DNA of 64,000 nucleotides from Octopus vulgaris (GCA_951406725.2 OX597829.1:49662001-49726000), one strand, 5' to 3'; shown: positions 1-13,663, numbered from the stretch's first letter. A program made the numbers and translations. The notes: generated from the sequence alone by a model not told the origin.

Positions 1-103
1 TCACGATGGTATATATATATATATATATATATAGCCTGGTCGATCACGGTAATCTCGATGGTATATATATATATATATATATATATAGCCTGGTCGATCC
101 TCG

Positions 104-129
<26 letters not shown>

Positions 130-141
<12 letters not shown>

Positions 142-640
142 TAAATAAAATAAAACATATGCATATATATAAACATATATGTACGTACCTACCTCTACAT
201 GTACATATACACGCATATATGAGTACAGGACACCAAAAGGACGTCGAACACAATGAGAAACGAAAACATAGACACAAACCAAAGGAACTGGACATTTTTT
301 TAAAAACAACAAAAAAAAAGAAATAGAGTAAAGGACAATTAACACAAAGAAAAAAAACCTTCTTCAGTTACCATGGTTTCATCTACTCTACGTTTCGAAG
401 GATAAAAGCGAGACGTATCTTCAACAAGAAACTTTCCTTCCTCCGAAAAGCAAATCAATTAAAATTCTGAGATCTTTTCGCAGAGGGGTAAAAAATGGTA
501 ACAAAAACAGGACAGTAACGACAGTACAAATTATAAACAGTAAAAGACAGGACAAGGAAAAACAAGATAAGAAGGGCTGTTAACGCCGAACGAAAAAAAA
601 GTATTGCGAACACGGAATTTTTTATGAACGACGAGCGGAG
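130..640 (-). repeat. Unclassified interspersed repeat (related copies near 18780-19330 and 45860-46330)
   Basis: Shared blocks such as aaattttaNtt..ttgcttt.cgg and ccttcgaaac.(c/t).gagtagatgaaac between this locus (reverse complement) and 19220-19320; weaker match at 46220-46290. Confidence 0.45.
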
Positions 641-1197
641 CAAAAAGATATATATATATACATATATATAACAGGATCGTTTTATAGAACTAGATACGAG
701 ATGATTTGAATTTTAAAATTTCTGAAATTTCAGTTTATTTATTTATTATTAATCTCGCTCCTAATATCGCATTTTAAATGCGTTTGTACTTATAGAATAA
801 TGTCTGCTTGCTATTTTCGTAGAACATTTTAAGAATATATGTCTGTCTGAAGAAACCTCATAATGTTTGTTTTTTTTTTAAAAAAAAGGTAATTTGTAAT
901 TTTAAACAAAGGCTAGTTAATGATGTAGAAATAGGTGTAACTTGATTTGTCAGTTGTTTATACAGAAATAATAAAATTGGATTGGATTTATCATTTACTG
1001 ATTCGTTTATTCAATTTATTATTTGTGTTTATTATTTGTGTTTATCAATTTATATTGATATTTTGATAAGCTGATTGTTTATTTTATTTACTTATCTATT
1101 ATGAGCGATAGTTCATAACAATTTTCTTTATATGGGTAATAAACCAGTAATTCTTATTTAACACCTAACTGAATTTTTACTTTATATATATGTATGG

Positions 1198-1267
<70 letters not shown>

Positions 1268-1462
1268 ATAACTCTATTCAACATAAACATAACGTCACAA
1301 CAAATTTGAAAAGCTAAATGCGAAACCGGTCTTTCTTTAAAAATTATGTCATTATAAGGGAAAAAAATTTCTTCAAAAAATGTTCTAATATTCTTCAGAC
1401 ATATTGACGCAAATATATATATTTTTAACATTTAAGCCTTCTGTCGTTTTTTTCACTCTTTA

Positions 1463-2419
<957 letters not shown>

Positions 2420-2636
2420 GAACCCGGAACCATGTGGTTGGAAAGCATACTTCTTGCCTCACAAACTTTTTGCCATAGCAAGAATACATTATCTGGTTTG
2501 TCCCCTGATTCGAGGGAGATTTTGGTTACGATATCAAGCAAATGTAGCGACCAGGTAGATTGTTTCTTTGGTTCAAATATAATCCGGTGGTAATAGTTCA
2601 TGTGGATGTTTCTACTGTTATTGCCATTGGCCTTGA

Positions 2637-2650
2637 TGGTGTTGTTGTTG

Positions 2651-2682
<32 letters not shown>

Positions 2683-2760
2683 GGTGGTGGCGGTGGTGGT
2701 GGTGGTGGTGGTGGCGGTGGTGGTGGTGGTGGTGGTGGCGGTGGTGGTGGTGGTGGTTTT
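2637..2760. repeat. (GTT)n/(GGT)n microsatellite
   Basis: Direct inspection. Confidence 0.95.
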
Positions 2761-3684
2761 GTCGTGGTCATTGTAGTAGCTGTTGACAGAAATGGTGAAG
2801 AGTTTATAAGGCGTGGGATAAATTTCATTGATAAAAATGTTCTTAAGGAATAGTGTATGTATGTGTGTGTGTATAGTATATATAATACGTAAAATATTTA
2901 TTATATATATATATATATATATATAATGCACACACACAAAAAATATCGAAGGCGGTTGTACGCAATAAAGTACCAAAAAGAAAAAGAAAAAATTCAATAT
3001 ATATATATATATACATAGTGAGAGAGAGAGAGGGGGGGAGAAAGAGAGCTTGAATTTGACAGTTGATTGAAATCAATGTGCTTAAATATTTGATGAAGCA
3101 ATATTTAAATATTCATTATCGCCTGGGAAAGATCCGGAGAAAAAAAAGAGAACATTTGTCAGACATTCAGTGAGAGTCGAGGAAGTCGAGGAATGTGTGA
3201 AATAAACGGAAGCAATTTTGGAACTCCATCGCTGGAATTTCATACTGATAGTCATTTCAAAATGACAGATATTTCAAGAACGTCTTTGATAAAAAAAATT
3301 TTAAAAAGTAGAAGAAAAGAAAGAAAAAAGCCGTGTGAATGAAAAAGCTATGGTTCCTCATCAAATGTCAAGTTTCCCTTCTCAAAGTAGTGGAAGATAA
3401 AAAATGACAAGGAGCTCTGCTTCATATCAGCAACTTTAGAATTTGTTTGCTCACGAATGGGAAGAGAAGGAACAAATGGTTTTTTAAAGATTCAACGGTG
3501 TTTATTGAGGATCAGGAATTAAATTTTTTGTTTTCGTAGTATTTATATTTTTACATTTGTTATTCGTGATATAATTTATTTTTTTTACTCTTAATAATAA
3601 TCATTTCAAATTTGGAATCAAGGCCAGCTATTTTGAAGGGAAGTGGGTGCCGTTTACATCGACCCCACCCCCAGTACTCAACTG

Positions 3685-3940
3685 GTGGACGCACGTGACT
3701 TAGTGGTTAGGGTGTTTGGACTCGTGATCATAAGATTGTGGTTTCGATTCTTGGACCTGGCGATGCGTTGTGTTCTTGAGCAAAACACTTCATTTCACGT
3801 TGCTCCAGCCCGCTCAGCTGGCAAAAATGAGTTAATCCTGCAAGGGACTAGAGTCCCGTTCAGGTGGGGAATATATACGCCATGAAACAAGGAAACCGGA
3901 CCTATAAGTATATATGACTCAGTCAGGGTTTTTATCCCTT
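3685..3940 (+). mobile_element. tRNA-derived SINE, group C head with V-domain-like tail (diverged)
   Basis: A-box-like tgacttagtgg and B-box-like gtttcgattc, then gttcttgagcaaaacacttcatttcac body and tcccgttcaggtgggg tail. Confidence 0.7.
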
Positions 3941-4049
3941 TCCTAGACTGGAGGCGTGCAGGTGCGTGGCTTAGTGTTTAGGGTATTGAAACCGGAAAAC
4001 CCGCCCTTATGAGTCGGTATGACTCGAGGAGGTAATTTTACAATTTTTT

Positions 4050-4380
4050 TCCAGTATTCAACTGGTACTTATTTTATCGATCCCTAAGGTATGAATGTCA
4101 AAGTTGACCTCGGCGGGATGTGAATTCGAAACGTAAAGAACTGGAAGAAACGTCGCTAAGTATTTTGTCTGACGAACTAATCGCTGTCTTAACAATAATT
4201 GTTTCTCGTATAGGCACAAGGATTAGTAGGGAGCCAGTCCTTGATGCGTATTTATTTTATCGACTCCCGAAGCAATGAAAGTTAAAGTTGACGTCAGCGG
4301 GATTAGAATTCAGAAAGTAAAAGGTTAGCAGAAATAATGCAAGGCATTGTGTCTGACACTCTAACGATTCAGCCACCTCA
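4050..4380 (-). mobile_element. Two diverged group B SINE fragments
   Basis: Repeated aactggtacttattttatcga...aaagttgacctcggcggga motif. Confidence 0.7.
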
Positions 4381-4390
4381 CCAACTTCAC

Positions 4391-4443
<53 letters not shown>

Positions 4444-4597
4444 CAACAACAACAACAACAACAACTATAGCAACAACAACAATAACAACAACAACAAAAA
4501 TAATAATAATAACAACAACAACAAAAATAATAATAATAACAACAACAACAACAACAACAACGACAATAATAATAACAACAACAACAACAACAACGAT

Positions 4598-4676
<79 letters not shown>

Positions 4677-4705
4677 TTAATAATAATAATAATAATAATA
4701 ATAAT
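4391..4705. repeat. (AAT)n/(AAC)n microsatellite
   Basis: Direct inspection. Confidence 0.97.
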
Positions 4706-5694
4706 TGGTAAAAAGCAAACAAAACCTGCTATAGTATGCTGCTAATGCAGAAGGATTTAACAAAAATGAACTCGAGAACGTTCATGAATTCCGATCTTGA
4801 ACAGCCAACGAGAGAGAAGAAACCCTACTCGGTATAGAATTACATGGTCGGTTCCACCGTGAAACCAACAAATTAAAAGACCAGGAAGCATCATGGAGGT
4901 GACTTAATAAGGGTGACCTAAAAAGAACACTGAAAGCCTAATCATCGCTGCCCAGGACCAGGCATTGAATACCAACTCAGTGAAAAAGAATATATACTAC
5001 ACAAGTGCAACGGATCTCAGCAGAATGTGTGGGAAGAGGTTCGAAAGCGTGACTCACATTGTTAGTACCTGTTAAAGTCTTGCGATAGAAGAGTACAAGC
5101 GTAGACACGACAAGGTAGCCCCCAAACCTCAACTGGCTACTGTGCCGTAAGTATGTATATGAGGTTACGGGTGCTTGGTGACAACATACACCGGAAAAGG
5201 TAATGGATGAAAAGGGGAAGGTAAAATTCTTCTGGGACTTTGTACTTCCAGACAGACAAGGTATTAGAGCACCGAAGGCCGGATATAGTAACCTTTAGGA
5301 GGGAGAAACAAGTGTCCCTAATAATCGACGTGGCAGTGCCAGGAGATCAACATATCGTCAGGAAAGAAAGAGAAAAGGTTGATAAGTATGGAAACCTGAG
5401 AATTGAGATCGCTAAGATGTGGCAGCTACGATAGTCGAACATAAATGCTATCCCTATTGTCATCGGAGCATTGGGTTCAATATCATCCAATCTGAAAAAA
5501 ACATCAGAAAACTTTAGAAATACTTTACAACCTAGGTGTATTGCAAAAGTCGGCATTACTTGGAACTGCACGCATATTGCGTAAAATACTGTCTGTCTGA
5601 CAGTATTTTGTGACTTGACAAACAGTACAAAACTCCTTGTAGACACAATATCTTCAATCAGCAACATCACGATATTGTATACGGTGCAACGTCT
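4706..5694 (+). mobile_element. 5'-truncated R4/Dong-clade non-LTR retrotransposon (restriction-like endonuclease end)
   Basis: Decayed zinc finger (RMCGKRFESVTHIVSTC), YKRRHDKVA, PD..D endonuclease (HRRPDIVTF..IIDVAVPGD..KVDKY), LLGTARILRKIL. Flanked on both sides by (TAA)n. Stops and frameshifts present. Confidence 0.9.
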
Positions 5695-5715
5695 ATAATA
5701 ATGATGATGATGATG

Positions 5716-5794
<79 letters not shown>

Positions 5795-5838
5795 TGATGA
5801 TGATGAGGAGGAGGAGGAGGAGGAGGAGGAGGATGATG

Positions 5839-5887
<49 letters not shown>

Positions 5888-5965
5888 TGAGGAGGAGGAG
5901 GAGGAGGAGGATAATAATAATAATAATAATAAAAAAAATAATAATAATGATAATAATAATAATAA
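5695..5965. repeat. (ATA)n/(ATG)n/(AGG)n compound microsatellite
   Basis: Direct inspection. Confidence 0.95.
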
Positions 5966-6200
5966 TTCTTTCTTTATTAACCACAAGGGCCGTCAAAAAT
6001 AAGATTGGACATTACAAAACATGAAGGACGAAGTGGGGAAACATAAAGTGTCGTGTAAAAAGTCAATGACAATGAAAAATATAAGAAAATGCCTAAAAGA
6101 TGGAAGCAACACTGGAATATTCATGAAGACCCACGAACATCAATGAATTCAGTTCCAGGCTTTATCATTGAACCAAAACCACGGCTGTTTAATGCATTGG

Positions 6201-6316
<116 letters not shown>

Positions 6317-6796
6317 TTCCATGTGTTAGTGTTAGTGGTGGTAGAGGGAAGGACTCGGACTCACAGGTGTTGCGACGCTAGCAGCGTCCATTAGCTGAAT
6401 TTCCTCGTTCTTTTCCTCTCCTCTCTCGCGTCGTTTCTTTTCTTCTTTTTTTTTTCCCTTCTGTTGCTAGGCGTTGCACGTGCTAGCAAGACTTTGGTCG
6501 TCCAAGGCGCAGTGACGGCGGAGACAATTGATTTTTAAACTTTTTTTTTTTTTTTGCAGAGTGGGGAAGTCAAAAAAAAAAAAAAATGGAAGAACTGACA
6601 CTCTTCTCCAAAGACACGTGATATTGTTTTCACCCTCATGCCCTACATTTTAAATATTTGAATTTGCAGTTCTTTATATTTTGATAAGTTTCTCCACTAC
6701 TTTACAGGCAATATTTTCGTTAGAAGAGATTGCGATGTCTATCAATTGTACATGGTTATTTTTCCAATATTTTATACTATGTATAGACGGTTCGAT

Positions 6797-7195
6797 TTGA
6801 TATCCTTGTCACTTGATATCCTTATCACTTGATATCCTTATCACTTGATATCCTTATCACTTGATATCCTCATCACTTGATATCCTTAGCACTTGATGTC
6901 CTTAAAACTTGATATCCCCGTCACTCGATATCCTTATCACTTGATATCCTTATCACTTGATATCCTTGTCACTTGATATCCTTATCACTTGATATCCGTG
7001 TCACTTGATATCCTTATCACTTGATGTCCTTATCACTTGATATCCGTGTCACTTGATATCCTTGTCACTTGATATCCTTATCACTTGATATCCTTATCAC
7101 TTGATATCCGTGTCACTTGATATCCTTGTCACTTGATATCCTTATCACTTGATATCCTTATCACTTGATATCCTTGTCACTTGATATCCTTGTCA
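6797..7195. repeat. 16-bp minisatellite (ttgatatccttatcac) x ~25
   Basis: Direct tandem units with variants ccttat, ccttgt and ccgtgt. Confidence 0.97.
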
Positions 7196-7250
7196 GATTG
7201 TTGTGGCCAGGTAACTGTCATGTACCGTACTCGGTATATGTTTGTACTAT

Positions 7251-7647
7251 TTACTCTTTTACTCTTTTACTTGTTTCAGTCATTTGACTGCGGCCATGCT
7301 GGAGCACCGCCTTTAGTCGAGCAAAGCCCAGTACTTATTCTATCGGTCTCTTTTGCCGAACCGCTAAGTGACGGGGACGTAAACACACCAGCATCGGCTG
7401 TCAAGCAATGCTAGGGGGACAAATACAGACACACAAACACACACATACACATATATATATATATACACATATATGCATATATACGACAGGCTTCTTTTCA
7501 GTTTCCGTCTACCAAATCCACTCACAAGGCATTGGTCGGCCCGGGGCTATAGCAGAAGACACTTGGCCCAGATGCCACACAGTGGGACTGAACCCGGAAC
7601 CCGGAACCATGTGGTTGGTTAGCAAGCTACTTACCACACAGCCACTC
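7251..7647 (-). mobile_element. tRNA-derived SINE group A
   Basis: Reverse complement of gagtggctgtgtggtaagtagcttgc...gggttcagtcccac...ccagcatggccgcagtcaaatgactgaaacaagtaaaagag. Confidence 0.92.
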
Positions 7648-7743
7648 GTGACGACGTATTACCCAGTAGATGTAGCTGCCAATGCGATTATGCTGTGCAT
7701 ATATTCAGATTTGGCATTCTAACATTGATATCAGTTTCTAAAA

Positions 7744-8141
7744 TCTTTATATATAAAAGAGAGGTTGTGTGTCTGTGTCCTACGATTTAGGTTCCTAACT
7801 ACTCCCACATTTTGCGGTGCAGTTTAACCAAAACCGGGTATCTTATAGTCGTGATTCATATCGAGCCCTTCTGGGTATTAGCGCGTCTACGATGAGTCTA
7901 CGATTTAAAAAAAAATTTACCATCATTTTTTTTTCCATTTTAATGCATTTTTTCGCTATTATATAAGGGAAGTAACTCTCTAAAAATGTCTACGATGAGT
8001 CAATGATTTAAAGAAAAATTACCATCATTTTTTTTCCCATTTTTAATGCATCTTTTTGCTATTTTTTTGCTATAACTCTCTAAAAATGCTTATATAGTTA
8101 TTTCCCTTACAAACACGAGCAACGCCGAGCGATACTGCTAG
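7744..8141 (+). mobile_element. Non-autonomous Helitron
   Basis: 5' TC, 3' CTAG preceded by a GC hairpin (acgagcaacgccgagcg), inserted between A and T with no TSD. Second copy at 44307-44711. Confidence 0.88.
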
Positions 8142-8159
8142 TCTTTATATAGTTCTTCA

Positions 8160-9022
8160 ATAGTATTCGTTCTTCCTCTTGTTTCATTTCTGAGCTGTAT
8201 TTTAGCTGTCTCGCATTTTCCTCTGTATTTGAACGCGTGATTAAGATTTAGTCCTATAATTTCAATGACTAGTTCGGTGCCGGTTAATTTGCTTCTTCTT
8301 AATGTTTTTGTCGCGTTTGTTTAATCTCCCACTCATCCTTATGCATTTGCAGAAACTATGAGCATTTTTAAAGTTTTTCTAATTCATTACTTTTTGCTAA
8401 GGTTTTTAAGTCATCCACGTACAGGAGATGGTTTATATTTTGTCAAAAACACTTGTATCCCATGGCGGTTTCATTTAGTAAGTTTATTAATGAGGTTAGA
8501 GCAAAACAGAAAAGTAGTGGTGAGTAGTAAATTGCCTTAGAAAATTTCTCTTCTTAGGCTGGCTTTTATGGTAGTTTACCCGTTTTTCTAATGATATACC
8601 AATTTTCCATTTTGTCGTTGCATGGCTGATATATTCGAGCAATGTCGGGCTACCTTATTTAAGTGGAATGACTCCAGCATCCACGAGTATGGAATGCTGT
8701 CAAAAGCCTTCTCGTAGTCAATCCACGCCATGTTAGGGTTCGTTTTCATCTTTTTTGAAGCTTTCAACAATGACCTGATTCCAATATCTCTTCTTTACAG
8801 CCGTGTATTTCCTTTTCAGCACCCTTTTTGTACTTCGGGTAAAAAAAAAGTTGCTTTATAAGAGTGTAATTAACCGATTGGACATAATTGATGTAAGGGG
8901 GTTTTGTGGTGTTGATAGGCATGTAATAGGCCAGCCATTTTGTGGGCGTGTGGTGATTTTGTTTTCAGAGATTAGAGCGGTTTTTCGCCTCCAACCCATT
9001 TGCAAGGTTCAAGAAATGCTGA
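8160..9022 (-). mobile_element. Decayed R4/Dong-type reverse transcriptase fragment
   Basis: PITCLST, QKG..K..HGCK and MAWIDYEKAFDSIPYSW motifs on the minus strand. Confidence 0.75.
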
Positions 9023-9023
9023 A

Positions 9024-9439
9024 TATTCTTTTATTCTTTCTTTTCTTTTACTTGTTTCAGTCATTTGACTGCGGCCATGCTGGAGCACCGCCTTTAGTCG
9101 AGCAAATCGACCCCAGGACTTATTCTTTGTAAGCCCAGTACTTATTCTATCGGTCTCTTTTGCCGAACCGCTAGGTGACGGGGACGTAAACACACCAGCA
9201 TCGGTTGTCAAGCAACGCTAGAGGGACAAACACAGACACACAAACACACACACATATATATATATATACATATATACGACAGGCTTCTTTCAGTTTCCGT
9301 CTACCAAATCCACTCACAAGGCATTGGTCAGCCCGGGTCTATAGCAGAAGACACTTGCCCAAGATGCCACGCAGTGGGACTGAACCCGGAACCATGTGGT
9401 TGGTTAGCAAGCTACTTACCACACAGCCACTCCTGCGCC
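9024..9439 (-). mobile_element. SINE group A, full length
   Basis: Near-identical to the other group A copies. Confidence 0.93.
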
Positions 9440-9789
9440 TATATAAAAAAAAAACACCTTTACTTCACAGTTCGGAAATAATATCCATTGGACTCGGGTA
9501 TGGCTATATGATTAACAAGCTCGCTTTGCAACCACATGGCTTCAGGTTCAGTTCCTTTCTGCGGCATCTTGGGTAAGTGTCCTGAGCCGACAAATGCTTT
9601 GTGAATGAATTTAGTATAAGGAAACTGTATGGAAGCCGTTCTTATATGCGTGTGCGCGCGCATGTGCATACGTGTGTCCTTGTGTTTGTTCATCCAGCAC
9701 TTGACATATACATTTTTTTCATTGTGGAAAAACGCTTGACTCCACCGTAGCCCTGTCCAGGTAATGTTTTCTACCTTAGCCATTTCTTT

Positions 9790-10400
9790 CAAAGAAAAAT
9801 AAAAACGACCGGTTTATTCCGGCAAGCTCTTCACCGTTTGTAGATTCTTCATAGCACAATCCGATGTAATATTTATTGATTTTATTATCAGACACATAGC
9901 GTAGATACTAGTGTGTCTGTTGAGTGTATGAACCATTTATAGTTTCATCTATATAACTATATGAAACGATTGTATTGTTATTGCGTTGATTTCTTTCAAT
10001 ATTATTTTTGTTTGTTTGTTCGCTTCTTCGTATATAAATAACCAAAGAATTAATAATGTCATTTTGAATAGTGTTCGCAAGTATTGACATCCTTGGTTTC
10101 ATTATAAAATGAAGAACACTGTACAGCATCTAGACAAAGCAATATGGTGTGATGGGAAAAAAAATTTTAAGACATTGAAAAAGCTTTTAACGTGTCAGAT
10201 AAAAAAAGGAAAAAAATAATAAAGAATGAAGACAGAAAAATATGCAAATACCATTCCGCCTGGTAAATATGATTTTATAGTTATCTCGACGAGAATTGCC
10301 ATTAAGAGGTGAAGATAAAAGTCAACCAAGATGAAACTGAGGAAAATTTTTGAATTGGTATATCATTTTATCGGAAAACGAAATAAGAATCAACACAACA
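9790..10400. mobile_element. Rearranged hAT (ZMYM1/Tip100-like) transposase remnants
   Basis: Minus strand 9790-10100: TIQNDII...IDET...YLRYV...TNGEELA. Plus strand 10270-10370: LSTRIA/ELPLRGEDKS..N.GKF. A further CP..(H)..LHR-like fragment lies near 11640-11740 (-). Confidence 0.5.
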
Positions 10401-10520
10401 AAACCTACAACAAACGCATTCTTCCAAAAAATGATACTTACCACATCTGAAAAACTACTGAGTTGAGTCGAACAGTGCAAGAACAATATCGAAAGAGAAT
10501 TCTAGAAATAAAATAAACAG

Positions 10521-10918
10521 GGCGCAGGAGTGGCTGTGTGGTAAGTAGCTTGCTAACCAACCACATGGTTCCGGGTTCAGTCCCACTGCGTGGCATCTTG
10601 GGCAAGTGTCTTCTGCTATAGCCTCGGTGCGACCAATGCCTTGTGAGTGGATTTGGTAGACGGAAACTGAAAGAAGCCTGTCGTATATATATTTATATAT
10701 ATATGCGTGTGTGTGTCTGTGTTTGTCCCCCAAGCATTGCTTGACAACTGATGCTGGTGTGTTTATATCCCCGTCACTTAGCGGTTCGGCAAAAGAGACC
10801 GATAGAATAATTACTGGGCTTACAAAGAATAAGTCCCGGGGTCGATTTGCTCGACTAAAAGGCGGTGCTCCAGCATGGCCGCAGTCAAATGACTGAAACA
10901 AGTAAAAGAGTAAAAGAG
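10521..10918 (+). mobile_element. SINE group A, full length
   Basis: ggcgcaggagtggctgtgtgg head through (gtaaaaga)n tail. Confidence 0.93.
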
Positions 10919-11199
10919 AGAGGGTACGGAAGGAATAAGATCGAGTGGCTGAATATTGGTTTCGAGGAAAGAGGATAATCGAATATTATGATTCCAGCGC
11001 TCAACTGGTACTTATTTTATCAAACCCGAAAGGATGAAACGTAAAGTCGACCTTGGCGGAATTTGAACTCAGAACGCAAAGGTTGACGAAATGCTGCAAA
11101 GCATTTTGCCAGGCGTGCTAATGATTCTACCAGCTCACCGCTGAATATATATATAAAAAAAAACCTTTACTTCACAGTTGGGAAATAATATATCCATTG

Positions 11200-11590
11200 G
11201 ACTCGGGTATGATTATATGTTTAACAAGCTCGCTTTGCAACCACATGGCTTCAGGTTCAGTTCCTCTCTGCGGCACCTTGCGTAAGTGTCCTGAGCCGAC
11301 AAATGCTTTGTGAATGAATTTAGTATAAGGAAACTGTATGGAAGCCGTTCTTACATGCGTGTGCGCGCGCATGTGCATACGTGTGCCCTTATGTTTGTTC
11401 ATCCAGCACTTGACAAAAGGTGTTGCTTTGTTTACGTCCCAAACTTAGCGGTTCAGCAAAAGAACTGATAGAATAAGTACCAGACTTTGGAAAAGGAAAA
11501 TATTGGGATCGATTTGTTCGACTAAGACCCTTCAAAGCGTTGCTCCAGTATGGCCGCAATCCAATTACCCAATGACCAAAACAGGTAAAA
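11200..11590 (+). mobile_element. Diverged SINE group A copy (5' part duplicated at 9490-9706)
   Basis: Diverged head and body; shares private mutations with 9490-9706. Confidence 0.8.
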
Positions 11591-12502
11591 TATACAAGAT
11601 TAACATGCAATGGCTTAAATAATGGCAAATGCAATCACTTTACATCCCTGAATAACGCCCATTAGCATCGATGTAATAAGAAATAAATCGAAACAGTTAA
11701 TGGACATTCTTCGTGTAAGCTATACATTAACTTGCCTATATATAATTTATGGATTTCTAACGTTAGTATTAATCTCCGAACGTCCTTTCTGTGTAAACAC
11801 TAACAGAACACAAGTCAGGTCACCCCCCACCAAAGGGATTAGCCCAAACGCAATACAAACAAAACTGTAATTAATTCACAATGATACATTAAAATGTGTT
11901 TCTCGCCGGAAATAAATATGCCAGTAGCCAAGAAAATGACGTCATTTTATATAAGAGCCGGACGTAATTCTTCAAGATACGCAAATAAAGCTAAAAAGTC
12001 ATTAATCAACTCTAGAAGAATACACTTCCATATTACATGGTACAGCATATCCGCAAAATGAAACTAATACACACATATATATATATATAGACGTCTGTTA
12101 TCTAGATAGAAAATAACTCTGATTTAGAAATAACTATGGATCCCAAGAGATTTGTTAATTTGAGACGAATCAAGGATAAAACTAGGAAGATGTCGCGCAG
12201 AAAATAAAACTTGATGATCCTTAGAAGCAAGGATGCGTAATCCTTTCTTTTCTGTTATAGGAACAAAGCCTGAAATTTGAGGATGAGGAAGTGGGTAGGT
12301 CAATTACATCGGCTTTAGTGTTCAACTGGTATTTATTTGATCGACCCCCAAAAGGCTGAAGGGCAAAGACGAAATCGAAGGATTTTGAACAAAGAACGTA
12401 AAGCCGAAAGAAATGTCCGCTGTGCTAACGGCGCGTATTCTTGTGATTTTGTGCCAAAGATGGCGTGCATACAAAATCGCAAAGATACGTATTGAATATA
12501 AA

Positions 12503-12733
12503 AGGCGGCGAGCTGGCAGAAACGTTAGCACGCCGGGCGAAATGCGTAGCCGTATTTCGTCTGCCGTTACATTCTGAGTTCAAATTCCGCCGAGGTCGAC
12601 TTTGCCTTTCATTCTTTCGGGGTCGATAAATTAAGTACCAGTTACGCACTGGGGTCGATGTAATCGACTTAATCCGTTTGTCTGTCCTTGTTTGTCCCCT
12701 CTGTGTTTAGCCCCTTGTGGGTAATAAAGAAAT
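12503..12733 (+). mobile_element. tRNA-derived SINE group B (Meta-domain-like core)
   Basis: ggcggcgagctggcagaa head, gagttcaaattcc B box, gactttgcctttcatYctttcggggtcgataaattaagtaccag core, ccccttgtgggtaataaagaaa tail. Confidence 0.9.
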
Positions 12734-13285
12734 ATATACAAACAAGGAATGAACCAACGATGATGTCTTTTAGTTGTAGCGCGATCTATTCGAAACAGAA
12801 AGCGCATTTTGCTCGAATTACTCAAAAGCGATTCCAAAACGGATGAACACATTGGATTATATAATCTTAGGTACACAATGTCCAAGAAAATAATTGAGTG
12901 TTCTTGGCTGGAACGCCACTGGGTATGCGAACCTGACGTAAGCTGAACGTAGGTCACAAGCATGGCTGTGTGTCTCGACGCAAGTATGGCTGTGTGGTTA
13001 GGAAGTTCGACTTGCATCTAGGTGCTTTTGGGTTCAAGCCCACTCCCTAGCGCCATGTTCAAGTGTCTTTAACAATAACCTGAGCTCCCCGATGCCTTAG
13101 CAGATTTAATCTATTGACGAAAACTGCACCGAAGCCTTTGTGCGTATGAGTTTATATGTGTGTGTATGTGTGTATGCATGTGTGTATATGTGTGTGTATG
13201 CATGTGTGGCTGGATTGATGGAGAGATATATACGTAATAACTTTATTTTTAAAGCTGCAAAAACATCACAAAAATATCAAAAAAA

Positions 13286-13321
13286 CTGCTACTCAGAGTT
13301 TCACGTTCCCGTTCGTCGGAC
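13286..13321 (-). ncRNA. Truncated variant minimal hammerhead motif
   Basis: Minus strand gt-CCGACGA-acg(ggaa)cgt-GAAAC-tctga-GTA-gc; only 2 bp of stem I remain. Confidence 0.4.
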
Positions 13322-13414
13322 CCGAGTTCTATTTTGCCCACAGTGTTTTCATATTTATGTGCTTATTCTGGTGTATATATATATATATACATACATACAT
13401 ATATATATATATAT

Positions 13415-13644
13415 GTTTCTTTTTTACCCACAAGGGGCTACACACAGAGGGGACAAACAAGGAGAGACAAACGAATTAAGTCGATTAAATCGACCCCAGT
13501 GTGTAACTGGTACTTGATTTATCGACCCCGAAAGGATGAAAGGCAAAGTCGACCTCGGCGGAATTTGAACTCAAAACGTAGCGGCAGACGAAATACGGCT
13601 ACGCATTTCGCCCAGCGTGCTAGCGTTTCTGCCAGCTCGCCGCC
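13415..13644 (-). mobile_element. SINE group B
   Basis: Reverse complement of 12503-12733. Confidence 0.9.
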
Positions 13645-13663
13645 TTTTATATATATATATATA

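Noticed and set aside
6797-7195. CRISPR-like regular array
   Set aside because: Units are contiguous with no unique spacers, there are no cas genes, and the context is eukaryotic; it is a minisatellite.
9205-9576. Recurrent ORF RQASFSFRLPNPLTRHWSARGYSRRHLPK
   Set aside because: Antisense translation of SINE group A seen at many loci; not a gene family.
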